From Parcubacteria group bacterium (GTDB taxonomy: Bacteria > Patescibacteriota > Minisyncoccia > Phycocordibacterales > JABMNX01): a DNA stretch of 47,313 nt. The position numbers and the translations under genes are program-made. Of the stretch, positions 23,590 through 31,837 are shown piece by piece (within the stretch, counting starts at the first letter, position 1; the number at the start of each line of letters is the position of its first letter). Below the pieces are notes generated by a model. That model saw nothing but the letters and a program-made list of their open reading frames with translations, was not told the DNA's origin and did not search any database. Location: positions 1 to 47,313 of the forward strand of contig JADHUY010000001.1 in NCBI GenBank assembly GCA_016784305.1, in the 5' to 3' direction.

Positions 23590-25818
23590 CTATTTAGCGA
23601 CCTTTACGGCCTCTTCAAATTTAACTGAAAGGAGTTTTGAGACGCCATCAGCTCCCATGGTAACGCCGTAAAGAATGCCAGCAGAACTCATGGTCTCTCT
23701 GTTGTGTGTTATTAAAATAAGCTGAGTTTTAGTGGATAGCTCTTTTATCATCTCGCTATATTTTCTTGAGTTGGCCTCATCAAGCGCGGCGTCTGTCTCA
23801 TCCAATATCAAAAACGGCGGCGGATTGACCTGACTCATTGCAAAAAGAAGTGAGATAGAAGTAAGTGCGCGCTCACCACCTGAAAGCATTTCTAAACTCT
23901 TTATTTTCTTTCTTGGTAGGTTTACTGAAATATCAATGCCTTCCTCGGAGTCTTCTTCGCCTAGCTCACCAGCTTCATCAGACATTTCAATGTCCGTATC
24001 TTTCTTTTTTCTTTTTTGTTGTTTAACAACAGTTAAGACTGCCGTGCCTCCACCAAAAAGTATTTCAAAGAAATGTTGGAACTCACTGTTTATCTTTTCA
24101 ATTCCTTCTTTAAACTGAGAAGAGAGCCTATCTTCAAGGTCGTGTATTAACTCTTTGAGGGTCTCTGCAGATTTCTCAAGGTCATCAATCTCACGCGTCA
24201 AAAATTCATCTCTTTCTATCACCTCTTTATATTCCTTCATCAAGTCCTCGCCGGAGCCTGCGCCGAATTCTTCCAGCCTTATTTTAATCTTCTCTATTGT
24301 GCGCCTCCTGTCCTCCTGCTTGTCCCTCGCTTCATCTATAACCGTGCTCGGCTCGATATCAAAGTTTTCATATTCAAGTACTGCTCGCCCAGCTAGCACA
24401 ATACCTTCGGCTAGGTTCTGCTTAAACTCGGCAGAGGCTCGTGTAAGCATTTCTTCATCACGCGAAATATCACGAAGTTCTGATTCAAGCTCCCTCTTAA
24501 GAGCCGTAATACGAAAAACCTCTCTTTCAGCACCACGCTCTTCGTCTTTTGACTCTTCTATGTCTACCTGGAGTTTTTTATACGACTCATTTAATTCTTC
24601 TGCTTTAACCTCAACTGCTGAAAGCTCTCTATCAAGGGCCACTTTCTTTTCTTTAAGTGACACTAGCTCCTCCTTATCGCCAGCCTCTTCTTTACTTTCT
24701 GAATACTTCTCAATAAGAGTGCCAAGTGTTTTCTGAACGCTAGTTAGAACCCTACGTACCGTAGATACATCCTCTGAATCACTTACTTCGCTTAGACTTT
24801 TTTCAAAATTCTCTTTAAGCACGGCCAACTCCGAAACAGGGATTGAGCCAGAAGATACTGGTGCACTAACGTGCCTTTCTGCAAATGCAATTTGCCCTTC
24901 AAGACGCCCCACTTCACGCGTCAGCTCATCGCGCTTTTTCCTTGCATTTGAAAGCTCGCTTTCAATATTTAAAACCTCTTGCCCACGCACATCTTCTTTG
25001 CTCGCTCTTTCCAATGTCTCTCTTGCCTTACTCAACTCCTCATCAAGCTTTTTTAGCTTTGTATTTGGGGTTTCTTTTCGTGAAGAAATATCTTCTTCTT
25101 TATAAGAGAGATAGACTTCTTCTCTTTTTAAATATTCATGTAGTCTCTCTTTAAGCTCAACTCTCATCTGCCTACTCTTCTCAAGCCTATCTACCTGCTT
25201 TTTTAAGTATTTAAGATGTGGAGCAATTTCACGCCTTAGAGAATGAACTTGCTGTATATTCTCCGCTGTACGCTCAAGCTTTCTCTCACTCTCATTTTTC
25301 TTATATTGAAAAATCTTAAGCCCTAGAGCATCTTCTATCATCTCTCGCCTCTCTCGCAAATTTGCATTTAATATCCTGTCCGCTTCGCCTTGTGAAATTA
25401 TGTGATGCCCAGTGGAGCCGATGTTTGCACCGGCTAAAAGCTCAATAACATCTTTGAGCCTGACAGAGCTTCCATTAAGTTTATATTCGTTTATGCCATC
25501 TCGATGTACTATGCGCTCAAATTCAACCTCATCAAAATCAAGGTCAAGGAGCCGCTTTGAATTATCAAAAGTTACTTTAACAGACGCCCTGTTTGAGCGT
25601 GGTACTGCTTGAGAGCCTCCCCATATAAGATCCTCTCCGCGCTTGGTGCGCATGCTTTTCATGGACTGCTCTCCTAGTACAAAGCGAAAAGCTTCAGCCA
25701 CATTTGACTTGCCAGAGCCATTTGGCCCAACAATAGATGAAATCGGCGCCCCAAATTCTAACTCGCTCTTTTTTGCGAACGACTTAAAACCAGCAAGCTC
25801 TATGCCCTTTAAATACAT
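23590..25818 (-). CDS. smc: SMC-family chromosome segregation ATPase, short form (742 aa)
   Basis: FKSF...GPNGSGKSN (Walker A), LSGGERALTSISLLFA (signature), FLILDETDAALD (Walker B), with coiled-coil-like E/K/L-rich arms. Confidence 0.85.
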   Translation of the reverse strand: MYLKGIELAGFKSFAKKSELEFGAPISSIVGPNGSGKSNVAEAFRFVLGEQSMKSMRTKRGEDLIWGGSQAVPRSNRASVKVTFDNSKRLLDLDFDEVEFERIVHRDGINEYKLNGSSVRLKDVIELLAGANIGSTGHHIISQGEADRILNANLRERREMIEDALGLKIFQYKKNESERKLERTAENIQQVHSLRREIAPHLKYLKKQVDRLEKSRQMRVELKERLHEYLKREEVYLSYKEEDISSRKETPNTKLKKLDEELSKARETLERASKEDVRGQEVLNIESELSNARKKRDELTREVGRLEGQIAFAERHVSAPVSSGSIPVSELAVLKENFEKSLSEVSDSEDVSTVRRVLTSVQKTLGTLIEKYSESKEEAGDKEELVSLKEKKVALDRELSAVEVKAEELNESYKKLQVDIEESKDEERGAEREVFRITALKRELESELRDISRDEEMLTRASAEFKQNLAEGIVLAGRAVLEYENFDIEPSTVIDEARDKQEDRRRTIEKIKIRLEEFGAGSGEDLMKEYKEVIERDEFLTREIDDLEKSAETLKELIHDLEDRLSSQFKEGIEKINSEFQHFFEILFGGGTAVLTVVKQQKRKKKDTDIEMSDEAGELGEEDSEEGIDISVNLPRKKIKSLEMLSGGERALTSISLLFAMSQVNPPPFLILDETDAALDEANSRKYSEMIKELSTKTQLILITHNRETMSSAGILYGVTMGADGVSKLLSVKFEEAVKVAK

Positions 25819-25825
25819 GGTTTAT

Positions 25826-25834
25826 ATTGTATCA
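25826..25834 (-). promoter_or_regulatory. extended -10 TGaTACAAT 7 nt upstream of the smc ATG (leaderless-type)
   Basis: Minus-strand sequence reads TGATACAAT-ataaacc-ATG. Confidence 0.35.
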
Positions 25835-25862
25835 CTACAGCAAGAGGGCCAAGAAAAATTAA

Positions 25863-26552
25863 TCACCACCCTTTCTTCTTTAGTGCGTTTGCCGCGGCCT
25901 CTTGTTCCGCCTCTTGTTTAGCTTTTCCCTCACCTTCCGCCACAAGCTCGTCCTCAAGATAAACCCCTATTATGAAATGCTTGTCGTGGTCTGGCCCAGT
26001 CTCGCGAAGAGCTTTATACACTGGAGTAAAATTCACTTTTTCTTGGGCAATTTCTTGAAGACTGCTCTTTGAATCCTGCCACAGACGATTGTCCACTATT
26101 TCCTCTGTCTTTTTTAAAATTGTGCTTGCTATAAATTTCTCTGCCACAGAGTATCCTTGGTCAACATAAATGGCGCCGATTATAGCCTCAAATGTGTCCG
26201 CCAAAATATATTGCCTAGCTCGCCCTGTGTCTTTTGCTTCACCCTTTGAGAGCATAAGGTAGTCATTTACTCCAAGCTTCCCTGCCGAGTCTGAAAGAGA
26301 AGAAGTGTTTACTAAAGCAGAGCGAAAGGAGGTTAACTCGCCTTCTGGTTTATCTTTGTATTTTTTAAAAAGAAAGTCTGTAACTACCAGTTCAAGCACC
26401 GCGTCACCTAAAAACTCTAAGCGCTCATTGTGCCCAACGTCTAAATCTCTGTGCTCATTTAAATAAGAGCGGTGAGTAAATGCCTGTTTAAGCTTAGACT
26501 CATCCTTAAATGTAACTCCTATCTTTTTTTCAAACTCTTTATAATCACTCAT
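25863..26552 (-). CDS. rnc: ribonuclease III
   Basis: NERLEFLGDAVLELVV signature and a C-terminal dsRBD. Confidence 0.95.
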   Translation of the reverse strand: MSDYKEFEKKIGVTFKDESKLKQAFTHRSYLNEHRDLDVGHNERLEFLGDAVLELVVTDFLFKKYKDKPEGELTSFRSALVNTSSLSDSAGKLGVNDYLMLSKGEAKDTGRARQYILADTFEAIIGAIYVDQGYSVAEKFIASTILKKTEEIVDNRLWQDSKSSLQEIAQEKVNFTPVYKALRETGPDHDKHFIIGVYLEDELVAEGEGKAKQEAEQEAAANALKKKGW

Positions 26553-27453
26553 CTTTCTTTATTAATATGTTGATAGCCTTTGTAATAATAGGAAGAATAT
26601 CGTCGTAGAAATTGAGATCTAGAATGTTTGAAAGCTTAAACCACCTAGCGTCATCAAGTCCACCACTTGCTCCAAGATGAACTTCCGTAAATGGGGATTC
26701 TGCCAAGAAATACGCAACCTGTTTCCTTTTCTTTCCTACTTCTGGGTCATTTGCAACATATTCATTATTGCCAAGTTTTTCTTTTATAACTATATCAAGC
26801 CCCATCTCCTCCTTAATCTCACGCACGGTGCCTTCTTTCTCATCTTCATCCTTCTCAATCTTTCCTTTTGATAATGTCCAGTGTCCAAAAATATCATGGA
26901 CAAGCGCAAGATAAACATCCTCTTTGTCCCTTGCGTACACCACAGCTCCTCCTAGCTTTTCTATTGGCATTTCTTCGTACGGTACTTCTTTTTTCTTCTT
27001 TTTTGAAACTTCGTCTTTACCCGGCTCGCCCATTTCTTTATAAACAGAACCCAAAACTCCATTCACAAATCGTCCACTGTTTTCTCCCCCAAAGTTTTTG
27101 CCAAGCTCTATAGCTTCGTTTATCGCAACCTTTGCTGGAACCTCACTCCTGTCGGCAAATAAAAGTTCCGAAAGACCGAGACGAAGCACATTTCTATCTA
27201 CGACAGAAATCTTATCCATTGGCCACTCTGGTGCTGCCTTTACTATTATGTTGTCTAGCTCGCTTTTCTTTTTTAAAACAGTCTCAAGGAGCTGTTTCAT
27301 AAAAGAAAAATCACCCATTCCAGGTGCAAATTCTTTAACATTTCTAACTAGCGTTTCTTCTGTAAAACTTTCAGGACTACCTAATTTATTATCAAAATCA
27401 AGCTCAAAAAGAGTTTGCAATACTATACTTCGTGAAAGGTGGCGATTTGCCAT
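26545..27453 (-). CDS. nusB: NusB antitermination factor fused to a C-terminal Nudix hydrolase domain
   Basis: The N-terminal ~140 aa are NusB-like (RSIVLQTLFELDF, VDRNVLRLGLSELLF, INEAIELGKNFG, RFVNGVLG). The C-terminus carries a perfect Nudix box, GKIEKDEDEKEGTVREIKEEMGL. Confidence 0.85.
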   Translation of the reverse strand: MANRHLSRSIVLQTLFELDFDNKLGSPESFTEETLVRNVKEFAPGMGDFSFMKQLLETVLKKKSELDNIIVKAAPEWPMDKISVVDRNVLRLGLSELLFADRSEVPAKVAINEAIELGKNFGGENSGRFVNGVLGSVYKEMGEPGKDEVSKKKKKEVPYEEMPIEKLGGAVVYARDKEDVYLALVHDIFGHWTLSKGKIEKDEDEKEGTVREIKEEMGLDIVIKEKLGNNEYVANDPEVGKKRKQVAYFLAESPFTEVHLGASGGLDDARWFKLSNILDLNFYDDILPIITKAINILIKKDE

Positions 27454-27490
27454 ATAAAGAACTGTTTCTTAAAAATTAAGTAATCCCGCT

Positions 27491-27790
27491 TTAACGCTTG
27501 GAAAGGCTTTCTACATCCAATGTCTTGTCCTCTTTTGCTTTTTCCTTCTCATCAGCAGGAGCGTCTTGTTTTGCCTTCGCTTTTGCGTCCTTCTTGGCGA
27601 TAAGCCTATTTGCCCTCTTAAGGACATCAAAGATTACGCGCCCACGATATTGCCCACAGTTAGTGCAGGCTGTGTGGCGAAGGTGCTTTTCACCACAGTT
27701 ACTACACGCTGAAAGACCAGGCTCGCTAAGAGCGTGGTGAGAGCGTCTATTGGCACTATGACCGCTTGTTACGCGCATTCTGCTTCCCAT
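27491..27790 (-). CDS. rpmF: 50S ribosomal protein L32 with Lys-rich C-terminal extension
   Basis: SANRRSHHAL and CxxC...CxxC (CSNCGEKHLRHTACTNCG). ATG at 27790; the track uses TTG at 27817. Confidence 0.88.
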   Translation of the reverse strand: MGSRMRVTSGHSANRRSHHALSEPGLSACSNCGEKHLRHTACTNCGQYRGRVIFDVLKRANRLIAKKDAKAKAKQDAPADEKEKAKEDKTLDVESLSKR

Positions 27791-27797
27791 AACCTGT

Positions 27798-27806
27798 AAT
27801 ATAGCA
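27798..27806 (-). promoter_or_regulatory. extended -10 TGcTATATT 7 nt upstream of the rpmF ATG, with TTGCCA 16 nt further upstream
   Basis: Minus-strand sequence reads TTGCCA-16-TATATT-acaggtt-ATG. Confidence 0.4.
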
Positions 27807-27842
27807 GTTTTTTGCAATATGGCAACTGTCTATATACCTATT

Positions 27843-27873
27843 GTGCTGAAGTGTGCTGTGAAGTGTGCTGAAG
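27843..27873. repeat. short tandem repeat GTGCTGAAGT / GTGCTGTGAAGT / GTGCTGAAGT
   Basis: Read directly upstream of the rpmF promoter region. Confidence 0.8.
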
Positions 27874-27901
27874 TCGCCTTCTTCTTCAATACAAAACCAC
27901 T

Positions 27902-27939
27902 ATGCATTAATATTACGCTATAGCGTAATATTAATGCAT
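27902..27939. terminator. 38-nt perfect palindrome atgcattaatattacgcta|tagcgtaatattaatgcat downstream of rnhB
   Basis: Read directly. Lies 26 nt from the rnhB stop. Confidence 0.6.
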
Positions 27940-27964
27940 TGACGGTTTGGCGAATTTATAAGTG

Positions 27965-28549
27965 TTATAAGTGTATGAAGCTTCTTCTGTGTATTTTACA
28001 AAGTCCGTGCTCCTTCAACTTTTCGTAGTGCAACTTTGTGCCGTAGCCTTTATGCTGATGAAATAAGTATTCTGGATAGATTTCAGAGAGCTTCTCCATC
28101 TCTCTATCACGAGATACTTTTGCAATGACCGAGGCTGCCGCTATTGAATACTCCACGTCATCGCCGTGAATTATTGTCTCTTGATTTAAAAAATCCTCTG
28201 GCGCAGTAAGCCCACCATCAAGAAGCACACGACACTCCTCTGGCTTTGCATTAAGTCCGCTTATAGATTTTGTAAGTGCCGCCTTAATGGCAAAAGAAAT
28301 TCCCTTCTCGTCTATTGTTTTTGAGCCTACCGACGCAACTGAATATTGGATATATCCTTTGTCGTGAAGTACTTTAAATTGCTCAAAGAACATATCTCTT
28401 TTCTTTGGGCTTAACTTCTTTGAGTCACGAATTCCTTTAAAATCTTCCTTACCAAGAGTGTCTGGAATAAGAACTGCACAAACAAACACTGGCCCAGCAA
28501 TCGGCCCACGCCCGACTTCATCTACTCCAATAGTATATTTTTGCTTCAT
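27965..28549 (-). CDS. rnhB: ribonuclease HII
   Basis: IGVDEVGRGPIAGPVFVCAV and IAAASVIAKVSRD. ATG at 28549; the track ORF extends to 28663 and would overlap dnaE. Confidence 0.9.
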   Translation of the reverse strand: MKQKYTIGVDEVGRGPIAGPVFVCAVLIPDTLGKEDFKGIRDSKKLSPKKRDMFFEQFKVLHDKGYIQYSVASVGSKTIDEKGISFAIKAALTKSISGLNAKPEECRVLLDGGLTAPEDFLNQETIIHGDDVEYSIAAASVIAKVSRDREMEKLSEIYPEYLFHQHKGYGTKLHYEKLKEHGLCKIHRRSFIHL

Positions 28550-28612
28550 TTCTTTATTTTCTTTCATTATATATGCCATTTCCAGCATTTTAGTGGGAAG
28601 TTTAGAGTGCGT

Positions 28613-28618
28613 TATAAT
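28613..28618 (+). promoter_or_regulatory. -10 box TATAAT 6 nt upstream of the dnaE ATG (leaderless-type)
   Basis: TATAAT-acttac-ATG with no SD. Confidence 0.4.
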
Positions 28619-28624
28619 ACTTAC

Positions 28625-31600
28625 ATGAAGAACACTTTCATCCACCTTCACACTCATTCCCATTATTCGCTCCTAAATGCGCTTCCAACTGTGAAAGAGC
28701 TTGTGGACGCGGCGGTGGAAAATGAAATGGATGCGCTCGCACTTACTGACAATAGCAATCTGTATGGCACAATTGAATTTTACAAAACTGCCAAGAAAAA
28801 AGGTGTAAAACCAATAATTGGAATTGATGCGTTTGTCGCCGTACGTTCCATGAGTGATAAAGAAGCGCACATTGATAATCATTGGTCCCGACTTGTGCTT
28901 CTAGCAAAAGATGAAACTGGATATAAGAACCTAATAAAGCTAGTCACAGCATCGCACCTTGAAGGATTCTATTACAAGCCTCGTATTGACCACAGTCTAC
29001 TAGCTGAATTAAAAGAAGGGCTCATCGCTATTATCCCATCTTTTTCTGGAGAGACATCAAAGGCATTTAAAAGCACTGATGAGGAGGGTGCGCGTGAGAA
29101 ACTAGAATGGTACAAAAAGACATTTGGCACTGACGTATACTTAGAGATTACGCACCATCCTGAAATAGATGGACATCAAAAAAGGATGAAGCAAGTGGTA
29201 GAGCTTTCCAAAGATGCTCATGTTCCGCTTGTTGCAGCACACGATGTCTATTACATAAACAAAGGCGATAGAGTGGCGCGCGAGACGATGATAAAAATCC
29301 AAACTGGCTCAACTCTATCGGACGGGGAGGAAAATAAAAAAGAAGATTTCTCTTTTATTTCACAAAAACAGGCAGAAGATTATTTTAAAGACTTCAAAGG
29401 AGCGCTAGAAAACACAATAAAGATTGCCGATAGCTGCAACCTCGAGCTCACGCTTGGTGAGTGGGTATTCCCTAGTATTGAAAAAGGAAACTACAAGACA
29501 CACGATGAGGCACTCCGCGCACTTGCTGAAAGTGGCATAAAAAGAAGAGGGCTTGAAAAAACCAAAGAGCTAACAGAGCGACTTGAGTACGAACTAGAAA
29601 TTATCAGCACAAAAGGGTACTCGCCGTATTTTCTTGTGGTTGCGGACTTACTTAACTTTGCACACAGTAAAGATATACTAACCACTATTCGTGGCTCTGT
29701 GGCAGGCTCCTTAGTGACTTACCTTTCTGGAATTACAAATATAAACCCGCTTGAATATAAAATACTTTTTGAGCGTTTTCTAAATCCAGACCGCCCTTCT
29801 GCACCTGATATTGATATGGACTTTGCCGACAACAGACGAGACGAGGTTATTCAATATGCTAAAGATAAATACGGGGAGGACAACGTCGCGCAAATAGGAA
29901 CATTCGGCACGATGATGGCGCGCGGTGTTGTGCGCGATGTGGCGCGCGCACTCGGTCACCCATATTCTCTCGGCGATACAATAGCTAAAATGATCCCATT
30001 TGGTTCACAAGGCTTCCCAATGACTATAGATAAAGCATTTGAAATAGAGCCAGAATTAAAAAAACTTTATAAAAAAGAAAAAGACGTTAAAGAGGTTGTA
30101 GATTTAGCAAAAAAATTAGAAGGTCGCGCAAGGCACATGGGCATTCACGCTGCTGGTGTGGTCATCTCTCCTAGTGCCTTGACTGACTACACGCCGCTTC
30201 AGTATGACCCAAAAGGTGGCAAGAAAATTACCCAATACGACATGCACGCCGTTGAAGATGCCGGACTTCTTAAGTTTGATTTCCTTGGACTCAAAAACCT
30301 AGCCATCCTGTCTGACGTAGTGAAAAGGGTTAAAGCAATTCATGGTGTCGATATAGATATTGAAAATATACCAATTGATGATAAGAAAACATTTGAGATG
30401 CTAGCCCGTGGTGAAACCATGGGACTGTTCCAGCTAAACGGCTCTGGCATGACGCATTTCCTAAAAGAGCTCAAGCCAACATCTATTATTGATATAAACG
30501 TAATGATTGCACTTTACAGGCCGGGGCCCATGCAATTCATACCTGACTATATTGAACGCAAGCACAATCCAAAGCTGGTTAAATATCTTGACCCTATGCT
30601 TGAAAATATCTTAAAGCCAACTTATGGGATTTTGGTGTACCAAGACGAGCTCATGACCATTGCCCGCGAACTTGCTGGATACTCTTGGCTTGAAGTGGAT
30701 ACGTTTAGAAAGGCAGTTGGAAAAAAGATTCCAGAAGTGATGGAAGAACAAAGAGAAAAATTCATATCTGGGTGTGTAAAGCACAGTGGATGGGAGCTCA
30801 AAAAAGCTGAGCAAATATGGAAATGGATTGAACCTTTTGCCGCATATGGTTTTAACAAAGCGCATGCAGCAAGCTACGGACGCGTGGCATATCAAACCGC
30901 ATATATGAAGGCAAACTACCCAGTAGAGTATCTTTCAGCAGTTTTAACTGCGGACTCTGGAGATATAGAGAAAGTTTCTGAATCCGTAAAAGAATGCAAG
31001 CGCATGGGAGTGGAGGTGCTTCCACCTGATATAAATGAGAGTTTTGGATTCTTTTCTGTTGTGCCAAACAAAGATAGAACGAAGTCTAAAATTCGCTTTG
31101 GGCTCTACTCAATAAAAAATTTCGGTGAAGGTGTTGGCAAAAGCATAATAGATGAAAGAAAAGAAAGCGGAGAGTACACCTCTCTCACTAACTTCTTGGA
31201 AAGGATTCACGGGAAAAACCTTAATAAAAAGTCCATTGAGGCACTAATCAAATCAGGCGCACTTGATAAATTTGGAGAAAGAGGCGATATGCTGGCAAGT
31301 ATTGAACTGCTACTGTCCTACAGCAAAGAGTTTGGACAACTCCCAGATAACCAAGATTCACTTTTTAGAGGACTCCCAGAAAGTGAAAGTGCCCCAACAC
31401 TTACTCTTCCCAAAGCCGATGAAGTGTCTATGGATGAAAAGCTAAAGTGGGAACGTGAACTTTTAGGACTATACGTTTCAGGACACCCGCTTGATAAGCA
31501 TAAAGAGAAGTTAAAGAAATACAAAACTAACATTCATGAAATAAAAGAAAGACTGAAAGAAGGAATGCAAACAGTGGTATCTGGCATCGTTGAAGATGTA

Positions 31601-31807
31601 AGAGTAATAATCACAAAAGGAGGTGATCAAATGGCATTTATACGTATTGCTGATTTTTCTGACCATGTTGAAATTGTTATTTTCCCTCGCCTATTTGCAA
31701 GCCACAAAGAGCTAATGGAAGCTGAAAATTGCATATCAATAAAAGGACGTCTATCAAATAGAAATGGAGAAAAGAGTATAGTTGCAGAAGCTGTGAAAGC
31801 GCTTTAA
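28625..31807 (+). CDS. dnaE: DNA polymerase III alpha subunit
   Basis: PHP-domain start FIHLHTHSHYSLL, PDIDMDF, and a C-terminal OB fold. ATG at 28625; the track start is 28541. Confidence 0.96.
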   Translation: MKNTFIHLHTHSHYSLLNALPTVKELVDAAVENEMDALALTDNSNLYGTIEFYKTAKKKGVKPIIGIDAFVAVRSMSDKEAHIDNHWSRLVLLAKDETGYKNLIKLVTASHLEGFYYKPRIDHSLLAELKEGLIAIIPSFSGETSKAFKSTDEEGAREKLEWYKKTFGTDVYLEITHHPEIDGHQKRMKQVVELSKDAHVPLVAAHDVYYINKGDRVARETMIKIQTGSTLSDGEENKKEDFSFISQKQAEDYFKDFKGALENTIKIADSCNLELTLGEWVFPSIEKGNYKTHDEALRALAESGIKRRGLEKTKELTERLEYELEIISTKGYSPYFLVVADLLNFAHSKDILTTIRGSVAGSLVTYLSGITNINPLEYKILFERFLNPDRPSAPDIDMDFADNRRDEVIQYAKDKYGEDNVAQIGTFGTMMARGVVRDVARALGHPYSLGDTIAKMIPFGSQGFPMTIDKAFEIEPELKKLYKKEKDVKEVVDLAKKLEGRARHMGIHAAGVVISPSALTDYTPLQYDPKGGKKITQYDMHAVEDAGLLKFDFLGLKNLAILSDVVKRVKAIHGVDIDIENIPIDDKKTFEMLARGETMGLFQLNGSGMTHFLKELKPTSIIDINVMIALYRPGPMQFIPDYIERKHNPKLVKYLDPMLENILKPTYGILVYQDELMTIARELAGYSWLEVDTFRKAVGKKIPEVMEEQREKFISGCVKHSGWELKKAEQIWKWIEPFAAYGFNKAHAASYGRVAYQTAYMKANYPVEYLSAVLTADSGDIEKVSESVKECKRMGVEVLPPDINESFGFFSVVPNKDRTKSKIRFGLYSIKNFGEGVGKSIIDERKESGEYTSLTNFLERIHGKNLNKKSIEALIKSGALDKFGERGDMLASIELLLSYSKEFGQLPDNQDSLFRGLPESESAPTLTLPKADEVSMDEKLKWERELLGLYVSGHPLDKHKEKLKKYKTNIHEIKERLKEGMQTVVSGIVEDVRVIITKGGDQMAFIRIADFSDHVEIVIFPRLFASHKELMEAENCISIKGRLSNRNGEKSIVAEAVKAL

Positions 31808-31821
31808 ATAAGCGATGTTTG

Positions 31822-31830
31822 TGTTACTAT
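31822..31830 (+). promoter_or_regulatory. extended -10 TGtTACTAT 7 nt upstream of the thrS ATG (leaderless-type)
   Basis: TGTTACTAT-acaggtc-ATG with no SD. Confidence 0.4.
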
Positions 31831-31837
31831 ACAGGTC

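Noticed and set aside
24155-24736. 193-aa Ser-rich plus-strand ORF, and similar long antisense ORFs (10346..10918, 44164..44757, 45737..46252, 37789..38169, 2654..3088)
   Set aside because: All lie fully inside, and antisense to, genes with clear family motifs or coherent topology. Their compositions (Ser/Leu/Phe-rich) are those expected from antisense reading of Glu/Lys-rich coding sequence.
28541-28663. Overlapping 5' extensions of dnaE (track start 28541) and rnhB (track start 28663)
   Set aside because: The extensions overlap each other on opposite strands and add non-homologous residues. Conserved N-termini (FIHLHTHSHYSLL; KYTIGVDEVGRG) and the TATAAT-6-ATG geometry favour 28625 and 28549. 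Similar trimming was applied to rpoB, rpoC, dnaG, trmD, rpsP, rpmF, the KH gene, the GNAT gene and the propeller gene.
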